Below are positions 5,738 to 15,902 of a DNA stretch of 64,000 nucleotides, piece by piece. Source of the DNA: Muribaculaceae bacterium. GTDB taxonomy: Bacteria > Bacteroidota > Bacteroidia > Bacteroidales > Muribaculaceae. The notes under the pieces are model-generated. The model was not told the origin of the DNA, did not search any database, and saw nothing but the letters and a program-made list of their open reading frames with translations. Location of the stretch: positions 22,880-86,879 of the forward strand of contig JAFLTM010000001.1 in NCBI GenBank assembly GCA_022509225.1, given 5' to 3'. A program made the position numbers and the translations under genes. How positions within the stretch are numbered: position 1 is the first letter of the stretch; each line of letters begins with the position of its first letter.

Positions 5738-7858
5738 CTACATAAGGGGTGCCGTGAACGTGAATTCATGCCAATCTATCACCTCGAATATCAAGTTGGT
5801 TTGATCATGGGTTTCCTGTCTTACAGGAATTATCTTTTGATCCAAATCATCCACCGAAATTCCGGGCGTCTTAATTCCCGTGAGCGTGTATCTGTACCAA
5901 TTGTTTCTTACTGTGCCACGCACAGTTTGATTGATCATTACCGGAGCGGCATAATACATGCTTCCCTTTGTATAGTGGTCTAACGCTCCAAGATATTCCA
6001 ACATTAATGATTGGATATCATTGGAAGTGCATTCCCTTAAATATCTTCCTTCGTTTTGTTCATCAAGATGATTATAACCGGGATTATCAGGCGTGATATT
6101 TTCATTGACTGTTATGGATGAATAGATTGACAATTTATCCTTGGAATCAGAATTCAGATCTATGATCTCCATTCCCTCATTCCATGGCAAAAGCTTGCCA
6201 TCCCCATCCTTAATGTTAGCCTTCACGAAAACTTTATCCCTCATATCCTCGCCCCAGTTTTTTACCATATCCCAGGTTATCTCCTCTCCGTTAAGGCAGA
6301 GTTTGAAATTTTTATTCTTATTATCCCTACCCGGTAAGGTGGTTGTCAAGGCCTCAAGGGTTTTATTGTTTAATTCTTCATCACCATCCCAATTATATAG
6401 ATGATATCTCATCTTGGTCTGGGAAGACAATGTATTGTTAAAACGCCTTACGATACCCCAAAAGGCATGTTTCCAGTTTTTATAGAAAATACCAAACTCT
6501 CCGCGATAAAAATCTTGGTCTTCACCTCCTTCAATCCAGGTGCCATCGTCATACTGAATATCCAGCCGGGCATTTATAAGCAGGTGTGATCCTGCTATAT
6601 CTACAACACCCGTACCCCACTCTGTTGTACCGTAGTTATAGGTATTTTCCGGCATATAGAGGATCCGATTCATTTTTCCTGTTTGCATCTCATTGAAAGA
6701 GATATAATTTAAAGTCGCAACCTGATTGTTTCTATTGTAATAATCAAGATCTTCATTCACGGCTTCTCTATATTGAACCGGATAGTATCCCGTGGTGTAG
6801 TTGACATCTTCAGCCCAAAAAGAGCGGAAATAATCCGCATCATGCCAATATGTCCATGTTGTGTATGGGGTTGACGTGCCTATATTTTTAAAGATATACG
6901 ACACCTTTTCGTAGGCATTCATATCCCACCCGTTAACGGTAGCTCTCCATTTTCCATAAACATTATGTGCATTCCCATCGTCATCAATATCTTTACACAC
7001 AACTGCGTCAATTTCAGGGAAAGTAATGCTTCCATCATCATTCGTAGTAGTTCCATAAGCATCGATGGCGAAGGTGACTTTGGCGAGCATCCGCTCAACG
7101 TGGATGGTCAATATTTCATCCGGATTAAGCTTCTTAACAGGCGGGATCGGCTCGTTATCATCCTCGATTTCATGATACATCTTCTCTGTCACCGGCACCG
7201 CAACCTGAACTTCAGTACCTACGATATAGGCTGAATTTGTCATCACAAAGAGCCCGTTTTCATCCCTGCCGATAGTGGAGGGATCGCTTGATGTCCACGT
7301 ATATTTCAAGACATCAGCCACCGTTGCGTCTCCAACTTGAAACTGCGATGTCATGTCGGCATAGATTGCATTGTGGTTGATCACAGCCAACACCGACCTC
7401 GGCAGATTCTCCTTCTCGATGTCACGGATAAGAGTCCAGTAACGCACTTCTATCACTTTACCATCTTCATCTTCCGGAGTCATCTCAACACGGTTCTCCA
7501 GATTTAGAGGATATATAAGCTGAAGCTTGTTGTTCCTGTCGAAGAAGAACAATGTATGCCCCGTCTCCGCTATGGCATTCTCGGGATCCGAGCCATAGAC
7601 ATAATCGCCGTCGACTGCCTTTTCCGACTCTGAATCATCATAGGTTTCAGAGCGGCTCTGCATCCCATGGGTTGTTATATTCAACGATACCTCAAGATAA
7701 TACGTCTTCGGCTCCGATCCGACAAACCCACCTGTTCCGGAACCTTCGGTGTCGGCTCCGGGCACATCGGGCATCGTGTCGGCGGCACACCCCTCCAACA
7801 GGAGTGCAGCGAAAACCGTTGCCATGATTATCCTTGCTATCTGCTTTATTCTCAACAT
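5738..7858 (-). CDS. Mfa1/FimA-like fimbrial subunit
   Basis: Lipobox LLEGC, QSRS processing site, FVMTNS and IHVERMLAKV motifs, C-terminal VRNNWYRYTLTGIKTPG...FEVIDW donor strand. Confidence 0.8.
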   Translation of the reverse strand: MLRIKQIARIIMATVFAALLLEGCAADTMPDVPGADTEGSGTGGFVGSEPKTYYLEVSLNITTHGMQSRSETYDDSESEKAVDGDYVYGSDPENAIAETGHTLFFFDRNNKLQLIYPLNLENRVEMTPEDEDGKVIEVRYWTLIRDIEKENLPRSVLAVINHNAIYADMTSQFQVGDATVADVLKYTWTSSDPSTIGRDENGLFVMTNSAYIVGTEVQVAVPVTEKMYHEIEDDNEPIPPVKKLNPDEILTIHVERMLAKVTFAIDAYGTTTNDDGSITFPEIDAVVCKDIDDDGNAHNVYGKWRATVNGWDMNAYEKVSYIFKNIGTSTPYTTWTYWHDADYFRSFWAEDVNYTTGYYPVQYREAVNEDLDYYNRNNQVATLNYISFNEMQTGKMNRILYMPENTYNYGTTEWGTGVVDIAGSHLLINARLDIQYDDGTWIEGGEDQDFYRGEFGIFYKNWKHAFWGIVRRFNNTLSSQTKMRYHLYNWDGDEELNNKTLEALTTTLPGRDNKNKNFKLCLNGEEITWDMVKNWGEDMRDKVFVKANIKDGDGKLLPWNEGMEIIDLNSDSKDKLSIYSSITVNENITPDNPGYNHLDEQNEGRYLRECTSNDIQSLMLEYLGALDHYTKGSMYYAAPVMINQTVRGTVRNNWYRYTLTGIKTPGISVDDLDQKIIPVRQETHDQTNLIFEVIDWHEFTFTAPLM

Positions 7859-7891
7859 AAGGTTTAAAACCTTCCTTTCTTAGCTTTTTTA

Positions 7892-9046
7892 TTACAAGTT
7901 CACAGGGTCAACTCTCACCACCCATGAATTAACAACAATACGTGCTTTGACCCATACATTCCTCTGCAGGAAGAACATCAGGCTCCAGCGGCTCTGGCGG
8001 TCGAGATATTCCTGATCGCTCTTGATCCAGTTGTCGCCATACCCCCTTGTCATGGCAAGATAGGTTATCAACGGTATGTTGATAATCTCTTTCTCGTTAC
8101 CGTTATCATCCACATCCTTTGCAGATGTCACGATGAGCCGAGACGTCGCCATATGTTGGGTCAGCAACCTTGACGTGGAGAATTCGGCGTATGCCATCTG
8201 CACCTGACGTGACTCGTCGGTTCCGGCAACGGTGCCCTCCCGTCCGGTGTTGTCGACATAACCCATTAATCTGTTCTCCTTTGCAATAGGTTTATAGCAC
8301 TTCGTGCCTTCGCCGGCTCCCCTGGTGGAAGTATAGACGGGATTATTGTAGCCGTCTAATGTGAAATTGTCGTCCCTGATAGTAAAGTTATAGTCTGCAT
8401 GGTCTATCTGGTCGGGGTTTGCAAGCTCCTGAAGAAACACCTGAATGGTGTTGGTGTCTTTCATCAGGTGCACCGTCTCTTCACGGTATGTTCCGGCGGT
8501 GAAATCCCGGTCGGTGATTGTCAGGTCGAGAGTGCCATAGAAAAGGCCTCCGGTCCGTGCATCAACATCGTGCAGCTGCTTGTTGCTGACTCCGTCGGCA
8601 TCTGTGGGCACGTTCACAAGGATATGATCCTTGTGCCCCCCGGTTGACGTGGATGTCCAGTTTGGTGTGAACTCAACCGATGCGTCGTCGCAGGTGGTCC
8701 CACCATAGACCACAAGATGGTAGCTCCCCGGATTCAAGGGGATATCCATCCGATAGTTTTCATTCTTTAGGATGTCGGACGTTTCAGTGAATTGCGTCAG
8801 ATAGTTAAGGTCTGTGTCGAACACATAAACCGTCACGCAATCCACATTACTCATAAACGCGTTCGCCCCCGGCTCCATGTGGTAGTCATAATTAAAGGCG
8901 AGCCGTATGCCCGAGCTACAGTCTGACATATCGTCGAATAGAGCCTCGCACGATGTCAGCATCCCTCCCAGGCACAACATCCCGAGGAGAGGGAGCACCC
9001 TCCCTTTCCTCAGCATGCCGCTTATTTTTACGCTATTTATTTTCAT
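7892..9046 (-). CDS. FimB/Mfa2 family anchor pilin
   Basis: Lipobox LTSC, DDMSDC, VDCVTVYVFD, LMKDTN and QEYLDRQSRWSLMFFL...IVVNSW, all typical of Mfa2-like proteins. Confidence 0.88.
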   Translation of the reverse strand: MKINSVKISGMLRKGRVLPLLGMLCLGGMLTSCEALFDDMSDCSSGIRLAFNYDYHMEPGANAFMSNVDCVTVYVFDTDLNYLTQFTETSDILKNENYRMDIPLNPGSYHLVVYGGTTCDDASVEFTPNWTSTSTGGHKDHILVNVPTDADGVSNKQLHDVDARTGGLFYGTLDLTITDRDFTAGTYREETVHLMKDTNTIQVFLQELANPDQIDHADYNFTIRDDNFTLDGYNNPVYTSTRGAGEGTKCYKPIAKENRLMGYVDNTGREGTVAGTDESRQVQMAYAEFSTSRLLTQHMATSRLIVTSAKDVDDNGNEKEIINIPLITYLAMTRGYGDNWIKSDQEYLDRQSRWSLMFFLQRNVWVKARIVVNSWVVRVDPVNL

Positions 9047-9091
9047 TTATCAGCGTTTTTGAATTATCAATTTGAAAAAGCTCAACGAGCA

Positions 9092-11197
9092 TTAGAATGT
9101 GATTTTGTTTTCACGCACAACCCATGGCAGAACGTCGATGTTCACCTGGATATAGCGTGTCGGTTTTTCATCCGGATCATCTTCATCCTCCGGGTCGGGG
9201 TCATCTGACTTGACACGGGGATGTCCGAGTCGGTTAATGCTCTCAACATAAAGTTTATAGACATTGTTACGCACTGTAGCAAACTCCATCGGAGCCATAA
9301 GACCTGACTTGTTATTGTCGTTATGGCGTATCCAATAGAAGTAGTAGCAATAGTAACCCCAGCCTTGACCGTCATTTTCATTTTCTGCCACATAGACGGT
9401 GATATTATTATCAGCTGCATAAGTTCTCAAAGATTCATCGGATATCTTTATCTTATCTGAAAGATCCTGCCCTGGGGTCTGGATAATCTTCGCAGCTTCA
9501 TCAACTGTGAGCTGTGCCCCGTCTCCTGTGGTGGTGTATTGACCGCTTGTATCAAGTTTCCAGTTACCAAGTATAGAATTCATGGCTGTGTAAAGGGTAC
9601 CACCAGTACCGTCAACAACCGCTGCCTTTACAAGTTCATCCCAGCCTCCGTAAAGGAATCCGTCGAAACTGAACAGCATTGGAAGCTCTGTAGCGGGGTT
9701 TGTTATGTTTGCATTCGGGTTTTTAACCTTCTCCAAAGCTGTTTGGACTTTTTCTGAAACGTAGGAATTTGTGCCAGAGGGATCATTTTGTTCAACCGAT
9801 TCATAGGTTGCATTGATATCATCACCGGGGATGATTCTTCCTTTGAAAATGATACCGGTGCTTTGTACATGAATCTGGTTATCAGCTCCGGGAATCGTAT
9901 TCTCGGTTACATATCTCCAGATGTGATATTTGCCACCGTTTAACGAATTAGTCCATTGGTCTTTCTCTCCTTTTAATACATCTTCAATATCATCAATATA
10001 CCACTGGCTCATTTCATAGTCGCCCGATGTATTGTAAAGACGGAAGTTAAAGTAATCTGATGCATTGGTAGCTGTTATTGATTTTCCATTCTTTTCTGTT
10101 GCATCAGTATCAACTACATAAGGAGTTCCATTTGCAAAATTTGGTGAAGTTTCAGCACCACCAAGAATTGAGCCGTCATTAAGTCCGTTTGTAGAAACTC
10201 TGCGCAGATAATAGAAATTCCTGCTCATGTTCACAAGACCCATACGGTTAAGCTGAATACTATATAAGTTTTTGGTATCTTTATCCTGTTGTTCGTTCGG
10301 ATTATCTCCTATTAGTTTATGAACATCTGTCAGGATTTTATATGTATTATTATTAGGTTCTCCCGAAACATTAGTACTTCCGTCACGGAAGTCTATACGG
10401 GCTGCAACCCTCTCGACATAAATCGGAAGCAAAGGGGTGCCGTCAGTCTGTGTGCCACCCGATGTCACCTTGAACGGATTACTTTGATCTGCGTATTCAT
10501 CCCATTTCCCTATCTCGTCAGGGAATTTTGTTGTGGTGATGGCATGGTTGGTCATCAGGAATGAACGGGGTGCCCAGATTGTGTTGCTGATAGCAGGACT
10601 CTCACCTGCCGCTGAGGATGCCTCAATGACTTCACCTGTGAAATCTGCCCATGCTGTGGTACCCGCTGCCGGCTTACCGGTTCCAAAAAAATTCTCTTTC
10701 AAATTCTGGGTATAGTTACAGTAAGCATAAACATTTACTTCCTGATCCGATGTAAATAGATTGGCTGAATAAGCCGCATTTAAATCATTGTAATCGATCT
10801 CGGCAAGAACATCGAACGAATAATTCAGTCCGGTCGGTGCTTTCTCAATACCGGAAACCTCTGCAGCGCAGATATACTTGTTTTCTGTCTTTGTGGCAAA
10901 AACGAGAATCATTGTCCTTACGTCGTTCTCGTAGTCGTAGCCGTATTCATAATCAGGATCTGCATTGGAATTGGTTTGGTTATTTCCGTCGGCTGCATGT
11001 TCTGCATCTTCATCGTCAGTCGCGCTTCTTGTGCCTGTGTCAGACGGCAATGCAAGGGCCGCTGTGAAATAGACTTTCTTACCGGCGTATTCAGGACCAC
11101 CGGCAGGATCACCGGTCAATGTGTCGTTGCTGCAGCTTGTAAGGCCAAGCAAGCCCCCTCCAAGCAACAACGCTAATGTTTTCAAATTGAATTTCAT
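9092..11197 (-). CDS. Mfa1 family major fimbrial subunit
   Basis: Lipobox LTSC, TRSA cleavage site, FLMTN, VERVAARIDF, YYFYWIRHNDN, MEFATVRNNVYKL, Pro/acidic linker and VLPWVVR terminal strand. Confidence 0.9.
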   Translation of the reverse strand: MKFNLKTLALLLGGGLLGLTSCSNDTLTGDPAGGPEYAGKKVYFTAALALPSDTGTRSATDDEDAEHAADGNNQTNSNADPDYEYGYDYENDVRTMILVFATKTENKYICAAEVSGIEKAPTGLNYSFDVLAEIDYNDLNAAYSANLFTSDQEVNVYAYCNYTQNLKENFFGTGKPAAGTTAWADFTGEVIEASSAAGESPAISNTIWAPRSFLMTNHAITTTKFPDEIGKWDEYADQSNPFKVTSGGTQTDGTPLLPIYVERVAARIDFRDGSTNVSGEPNNNTYKILTDVHKLIGDNPNEQQDKDTKNLYSIQLNRMGLVNMSRNFYYLRRVSTNGLNDGSILGGAETSPNFANGTPYVVDTDATEKNGKSITATNASDYFNFRLYNTSGDYEMSQWYIDDIEDVLKGEKDQWTNSLNGGKYHIWRYVTENTIPGADNQIHVQSTGIIFKGRIIPGDDINATYESVEQNDPSGTNSYVSEKVQTALEKVKNPNANITNPATELPMLFSFDGFLYGGWDELVKAAVVDGTGGTLYTAMNSILGNWKLDTSGQYTTTGDGAQLTVDEAAKIIQTPGQDLSDKIKISDESLRTYAADNNITVYVAENENDGQGWGYYCYYFYWIRHNDNNKSGLMAPMEFATVRNNVYKLYVESINRLGHPRVKSDDPDPEDEDDPDEKPTRYIQVNIDVLPWVVRENKITF

Positions 11198-11238
11198 AAA
11201 TTATTGGTTATGTTATTTTTATTATTATTCATAAATTT

Positions 11239-12702
11239 TTATCTCAGCACCTCTTTCAGTGTCTTGGCCGCTTCAGCCGCCTTGGGCAATTCCGGCGCCG
11301 CAGCATTGAAATATTCAAGAGCCACCTGATAATGACCCCTCTTGGTGGCGAGAACACCACGGGCATAAACCGCTTCGGCGCTGTCACCCGACTTGGCAAG
11401 ATATTGTTCCGCTTTGTCAAAGTCTCCCCTTTGCATCGCCACATTCGCCGCATTGAGGTTGGCAGTCTCGTCAGACGGGAACATCCTCACCGCCGTTTCA
11501 TACACTTCGTTATATTCCTCGCTGCCCGGCTCCAGGCTTCCCGCCAACAGATAGATCTCATCGAGCGAAAGCTTCTGCGGCGCGGTGCGTATCACCTCGG
11601 CAATCTCCTCTACATCAACGAATTGCTTGATAGTGTATTCTATCTTGTAGTCTGAGTGCCGCAACGCGGGATAAATATTCTGAAGCAGGAATTTATATTG
11701 CTCGGGATAGGTTGTCTGAATCTTGGTGTTCTTCGGATCTGGCGCAAGATCGGAATCTATGATTGCCAATATACCTGCTTTGTTGTCGATATTTGAACTT
11801 TCAACCCATTCCCTGAGTCCTTCCCAGTCTTCGGGCTCATAGGATGTGGTGATGAAACCCTCGGGAAATTTATAAAGTTGCTGGACATAGTTCTTCAATG
11901 CCTCGGTTCTTCCCTTTGCAAGCCGGATATTGTTTTCGTAAGACCCCTCCGGTGATGCAAAGCCCTTGATGCTTATCGCATCTATGGTGATATCCTTGTC
12001 GTTTTTAACCGAATCTATCGTTGCTATTATCTTGGCGAGCTCTATGGCGTTTCGTCTGTAGTCGGGATAGATAACCGTCTGGTTCACCGGGAAATCTACA
12101 TACGCACGACCGGAAAGCTCACGGGTCTTAACGGTTGCGGCGGTCACCGCCTCTTTGAATTCGTAGGCAGGTTCATAATAAAACTCCGACCATGACGAAA
12201 GGGGCGATTCGCACTGGGAGAGCAACTTGTTGCAACATCCGAAATCTCTTCTCGTTATCTTGAGTTCTGCTCCGTTCATCCATTCCTGGTAGGGGATGCT
12301 CTTGGAATATGTCACCACATCGGGGCGGTTGCTATATTTGATTGTCACCTCGTCCGGTCCCCCTATAGGTTGCTCGTTGTCACGTATATACTGAATATAT
12401 CTGATTCTGCCGTAGAGTGCCACGGGATATAACTCCACAGAATTTGTGCCGTCGGTCAGTTCCGGATAAAACACCGCCACACGGTCTCCCTTCATCTTGA
12501 ATGAACCGAGTTCCATGTCCATCTCCAGGTTCATCCATTCCCCCTCTCTTTCGAGGGTTATCCCGTTTACCGGCAGGCCGCACACGATGCCATCCGTCGC
12601 CCCGGGCTGCTGCACCGACAGCGTGCCCTGGTCGGCTTTCATGCCGAATATCCCTGAAAATGCCAAAACTGCCGATAATATCGCTCTTATATTCTTTTTC
12701 AT
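11239..12702 (-). CDS. DUF3868/OmpA-like domain plus TPR protein (type V pilus-associated)
   Basis: Signal peptide, IPYQEWMNGA, FPVN...IKGFASPEG...LAKGRTEALKNY, EDWEGL, YPALR and C-terminal TPR-like helices. Confidence 0.85.
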   Translation of the reverse strand: MKKNIRAILSAVLAFSGIFGMKADQGTLSVQQPGATDGIVCGLPVNGITLEREGEWMNLEMDMELGSFKMKGDRVAVFYPELTDGTNSVELYPVALYGRIRYIQYIRDNEQPIGGPDEVTIKYSNRPDVVTYSKSIPYQEWMNGAELKITRRDFGCCNKLLSQCESPLSSWSEFYYEPAYEFKEAVTAATVKTRELSGRAYVDFPVNQTVIYPDYRRNAIELAKIIATIDSVKNDKDITIDAISIKGFASPEGSYENNIRLAKGRTEALKNYVQQLYKFPEGFITTSYEPEDWEGLREWVESSNIDNKAGILAIIDSDLAPDPKNTKIQTTYPEQYKFLLQNIYPALRHSDYKIEYTIKQFVDVEEIAEVIRTAPQKLSLDEIYLLAGSLEPGSEEYNEVYETAVRMFPSDETANLNAANVAMQRGDFDKAEQYLAKSGDSAEAVYARGVLATKRGHYQVALEYFNAAAPELPKAAEAAKTLKEVLR

Positions 12703-12717
12703 AGTCTCAATCCCCGC

Positions 12718-13299
12718 TTAGAAAAGGTAAACAAGATTTATCGCTGCCTTCGTGGGCCCGAAATAGTTGTGATGCCCGTCGCCTAATTCCCGGCTACATT
12801 CAGCGCAGCTGAATTTCTTGTATTTGACATAAACATATCCCACACCTATCTCAAACTCCATGTTGAAGTGCTTCGACAATGGCAACGCATAGCCGTATGC
12901 TATGCCTCCACCTGCTGCCCACCCTTCGTAGCGGTAGTCTCTCAACTTGCTGAAATCTGTTCCAAGAAAATTTATCCCGTTGTTGATCTTGCCCACATTA
13001 AACTCACCACCGATGGCATGGATGCCGAGAAAGCTCTTCACAAACGGCTCGCAAAACCAATAGCGGGCTTCCGGCTGAACAAGCCAGTGTTTCCACTTAT
13101 GCTCGTCAAACGACCATAGGTTGAGCTCACCGGTAAGGTCAAGCGACCATTTCTTCGCAAGTTTGAACTCTAATCCCAAGTTGGGCGACAACGCAGCATC
13201 CGGTATAAGGTTGGTCTTGATGTCTGCCTTCCTTTCGGAATATGACAAACCTGCAACCATTATCAATGTTGCGAAGAGTAATGTCCTTAGAAAATTCAT
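12718..13299 (-). CDS. DUF3575 outer-membrane beta-barrel protein
   Basis: IKTNL...PNLGLEF...WLVQPEARYWFCE...YFGPTKAAINLVYLF. Confidence 0.9.
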   Translation of the reverse strand: MNFLRTLLFATLIMVAGLSYSERKADIKTNLIPDAALSPNLGLEFKLAKKWSLDLTGELNLWSFDEHKWKHWLVQPEARYWFCEPFVKSFLGIHAIGGEFNVGKINNGINFLGTDFSKLRDYRYEGWAAGGGIAYGYALPLSKHFNMEFEIGVGYVYVKYKKFSCAECSRELGDGHHNYFGPTKAAINLVYLF

Positions 13300-13534
13300 A
13301 GAGGTTTTCGTGTGTTGTAGATTGTTTGCGCTGATGCTTGATATGGCGTGATTCCGAAATAGGACCTTTTTCCCCTAATCTCATAAGCATCACCGGGTTT
13401 GGTTGGCGAAGTTATAAATAATATGACCTTTAAAAAAATCCGATTTTGCAAACGTTCTTTTATTTCTACCCCCCCCGTTTGCTATATGCTTAATTATTAA
13501 CTATTTACTACAATTGTTAAAAATCTTTAAAAAA

Positions 13535-14737
13535 TTATAACCCGTTATTGAGTTGTTTTTCACGGTGTTTCCCCAAATTTTTGAACCCTCCTCGCATCGC
13601 TCTCTGAACCACGTAGGCGCCGGTGAGATAAACCGCTGCCAGTATCCATAGATGTATATAATCCCCGCGAACTTGTGAAAGGCTCGCGCCGTTGGTGTTC
13701 ATCCTTATGAACCCCTCCATTCCCCATGTGGCGGGGATGCAGTCGCTCACTGCCTTCCAAAATCCACTCATGGCATAACGCGGCCATGTAAGACCCGACA
13801 GGAACAGGAAGATCACGGAGGTTACAACCCACAAGACAAAAACCGACTCTCTCTCGTAAACAACACCCTGGAAACACCAGCCTAATCCTACGCAAGCAAA
13901 CACCATCGGGGTCAGGAACATTAGTATTTCAAACAGGTTGCCCGCCACCGGAAACGCAAACATAAGTGGCACGTAATGCACAAGATAGATGATAGGCACC
14001 ATAAGGATGGTGATGTAACACAACATCTGACCCAACATAGTCATCAACACGCTCTGCGCCCTGTTCTCCGGGTCGTAACCTATCAGCGACGCTTTCTCCC
14101 GCTTGGCCCCTCCCGCCATGCCCGATGCAAGGATGATACACTGGTGAAGGATAAGGATCAAGACCCCGGGCATAATAAATGAATCGAATCCGCTCTCGAT
14201 ATTCCCCATCGGGATATCTTTAATCGGCATTAGATCGCCATCTATGATCGTCTCGGCAAGTGGTGCTACAAGATCTATCTTCTCGGCGAGGATCTCAGCA
14301 CCCATAGCCTGCGCAACATTCGATGAGCCAACGAGCAACGAACGGTAGCGTAGCAACAGGCTCATCTCGCAGTAAAGCACGGCATTAGCCTGCTCATTGT
14401 TTGCTATCCTTTTCCCGAATCCGGCAGGTATTTCAAGAATGGCATAGCATTTATGGGAATCCATGGCTCGTCGGGCTTCGGAAAGGTCGCTCGCATAGCC
14501 TATCACCCACGCTTCCTGTGTGGCATCAAAATCCCTGACAAGCTTACGGCTCATCGACGACCGATCGTTGTCGACAACAACAACGGCAACATCCCTCACC
14601 AATTCCGGATTATAGATCAGCGAATAGATCACCGGATAGGCAAGCGGCAGGAACAGAAAGAATATGATGATACCCGGATCGTGAATCACGAGCCGGAATT
14701 CCTTGCAATATACCTTAAACAGCTCCCGTATCAACAT
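13535..14737 (-). CDS. ABC-2 type transporter permease (YhhJ/YbhR-like)
   Basis: N-terminal TM helix, periplasmic VVDNDRSSMSR...IPAGF domain, five C-terminal TM helices and FLSGLTWP. Confidence 0.88.
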   Translation of the reverse strand: MLIRELFKVYCKEFRLVIHDPGIIIFFLFLPLAYPVIYSLIYNPELVRDVAVVVVDNDRSSMSRKLVRDFDATQEAWVIGYASDLSEARRAMDSHKCYAILEIPAGFGKRIANNEQANAVLYCEMSLLLRYRSLLVGSSNVAQAMGAEILAEKIDLVAPLAETIIDGDLMPIKDIPMGNIESGFDSFIMPGVLILILHQCIILASGMAGGAKREKASLIGYDPENRAQSVLMTMLGQMLCYITILMVPIIYLVHYVPLMFAFPVAGNLFEILMFLTPMVFACVGLGWCFQGVVYERESVFVLWVVTSVIFLFLSGLTWPRYAMSGFWKAVSDCIPATWGMEGFIRMNTNGASLSQVRGDYIHLWILAAVYLTGAYVVQRAMRGGFKNLGKHREKQLNNGL

Positions 14738-14738
14738 A

Positions 14739-15902
14739 TCATGGGGCGTAAACCGGTTCGGCCATCTCTCTCTTTATGCGCCACAACAAAGTGAAGGGCA
14801 ACAACATAAAGACTATATAGGCCACAAACCAAATGCGTGAATAATAGATATCTATGCCGTTTAATGCCTGATCGATATAAATCAAAAGGTTATATCTCAC
14901 CGGCAAAATCCAGCTGAAGATTCCAATGGCAGGATACATGCTCTCTACCGGGAAGGAGAACGCCGCAACCGAAAAAGCGAGGATGCCGAGCAATGCCGAC
15001 ACCGACAGCGACAACCGGAGATTGGGAAGAACCCCGAAAAAGAAAACCGCCCAGCCCTGACAGGCGAACACGAACATTATCTCCGACAGGGTTAGCCAGA
15101 ACCATGATCCATAAACCGGATAACCGTTCACTCCAAAAAGCCATGCCTCCATAAAGAGAGCCATAACTATCCAAATGAGTGTCTGAGGCAGAAGCTTGGC
15201 AGCCAACGCCTTCACTATTGAACCGTCGGCCATCGCAAGAAGCTGCCGCGAGGTGCCGTATTTTATTTCCTGACCCAGGCTGAAGCAGGTGACCAGAAAT
15301 ATCATCAGCTCCAACACTCCCGGTATGAACGAATTGCAAAGATAGATGGCATAATTAAGCCCAGGATTGTGGATGCCACGCGCCTGGATGTTGACCGGAA
15401 GCAAAAGCGGCCGTACCTCCGAAGGATCCGCGCCGACCGATTCAAGCACTGTCATTGCCACTCCGGCCTTGGTGTAGATGGCCGCTGTCTTGAAGGTCTT
15501 GAACAATATCGTGCCCGGCACGAAATATGTCATATTAGTATAGAACGTTATCACCGGCTTCCTGCCCGACATGAGATCTCGCTCGAAGTTCTCCGGTATA
15601 AGGAAAAATCCGAAAATATCCCCCTTTTGCATCAGATGACGCGCCTCCGTGTAGCTGTTGCAGTCGTCGACAAGGTCAACCATCTGCATGCCGGCAAGAT
15701 TTTGGGTCACTTGTCTTGAAAGTGAAGAGCCGTCTTTGTCGATCATGGCTGCCGGAACACGCGACGGCAAACCCTCCTGCATCTCATTGGTGAGAAGCAT
15801 GAAGCAGAACAAGGGCAATATGAAGAACGCCACCCAATAAATGGGACGCCTCACGAGTTGAAGCACGCTTCTGACAAATATCGCCCGGAATCCTTTCTGC
15901 AT
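14739..15902 (-). CDS. ABC-2 type transporter permease
   Basis: Same architecture: IDKDGSSLSR, IPENFE, NPGLNYAIYL and FSFPVESM. Confidence 0.88.
   Translation of the reverse strand: MQKGFRAIFVRSVLQLVRRPIYWVAFFILPLFCFMLLTNEMQEGLPSRVPAAMIDKDGSSLSRQVTQNLAGMQMVDLVDDCNSYTEARHLMQKGDIFGFFLIPENFERDLMSGRKPVITFYTNMTYFVPGTILFKTFKTAAIYTKAGVAMTVLESVGADPSEVRPLLLPVNIQARGIHNPGLNYAIYLCNSFIPGVLELMIFLVTCFSLGQEIKYGTSRQLLAMADGSIVKALAAKLLPQTLIWIVMALFMEAWLFGVNGYPVYGSWFWLTLSEIMFVFACQGWAVFFFGVLPNLRLSLSVSALLGILAFSVAAFSFPVESMYPAIGIFSWILPVRYNLLIYIDQALNGIDIYYSRIWFVAYIVFMLLPFTLLWRIKREMAEPVYAP

Noticed and set aside
13300-13534. Invertible promoter upstream of the pilus operon
   Set aside because: I could not find convincing inverted repeats, and no recombinase gene is nearby.
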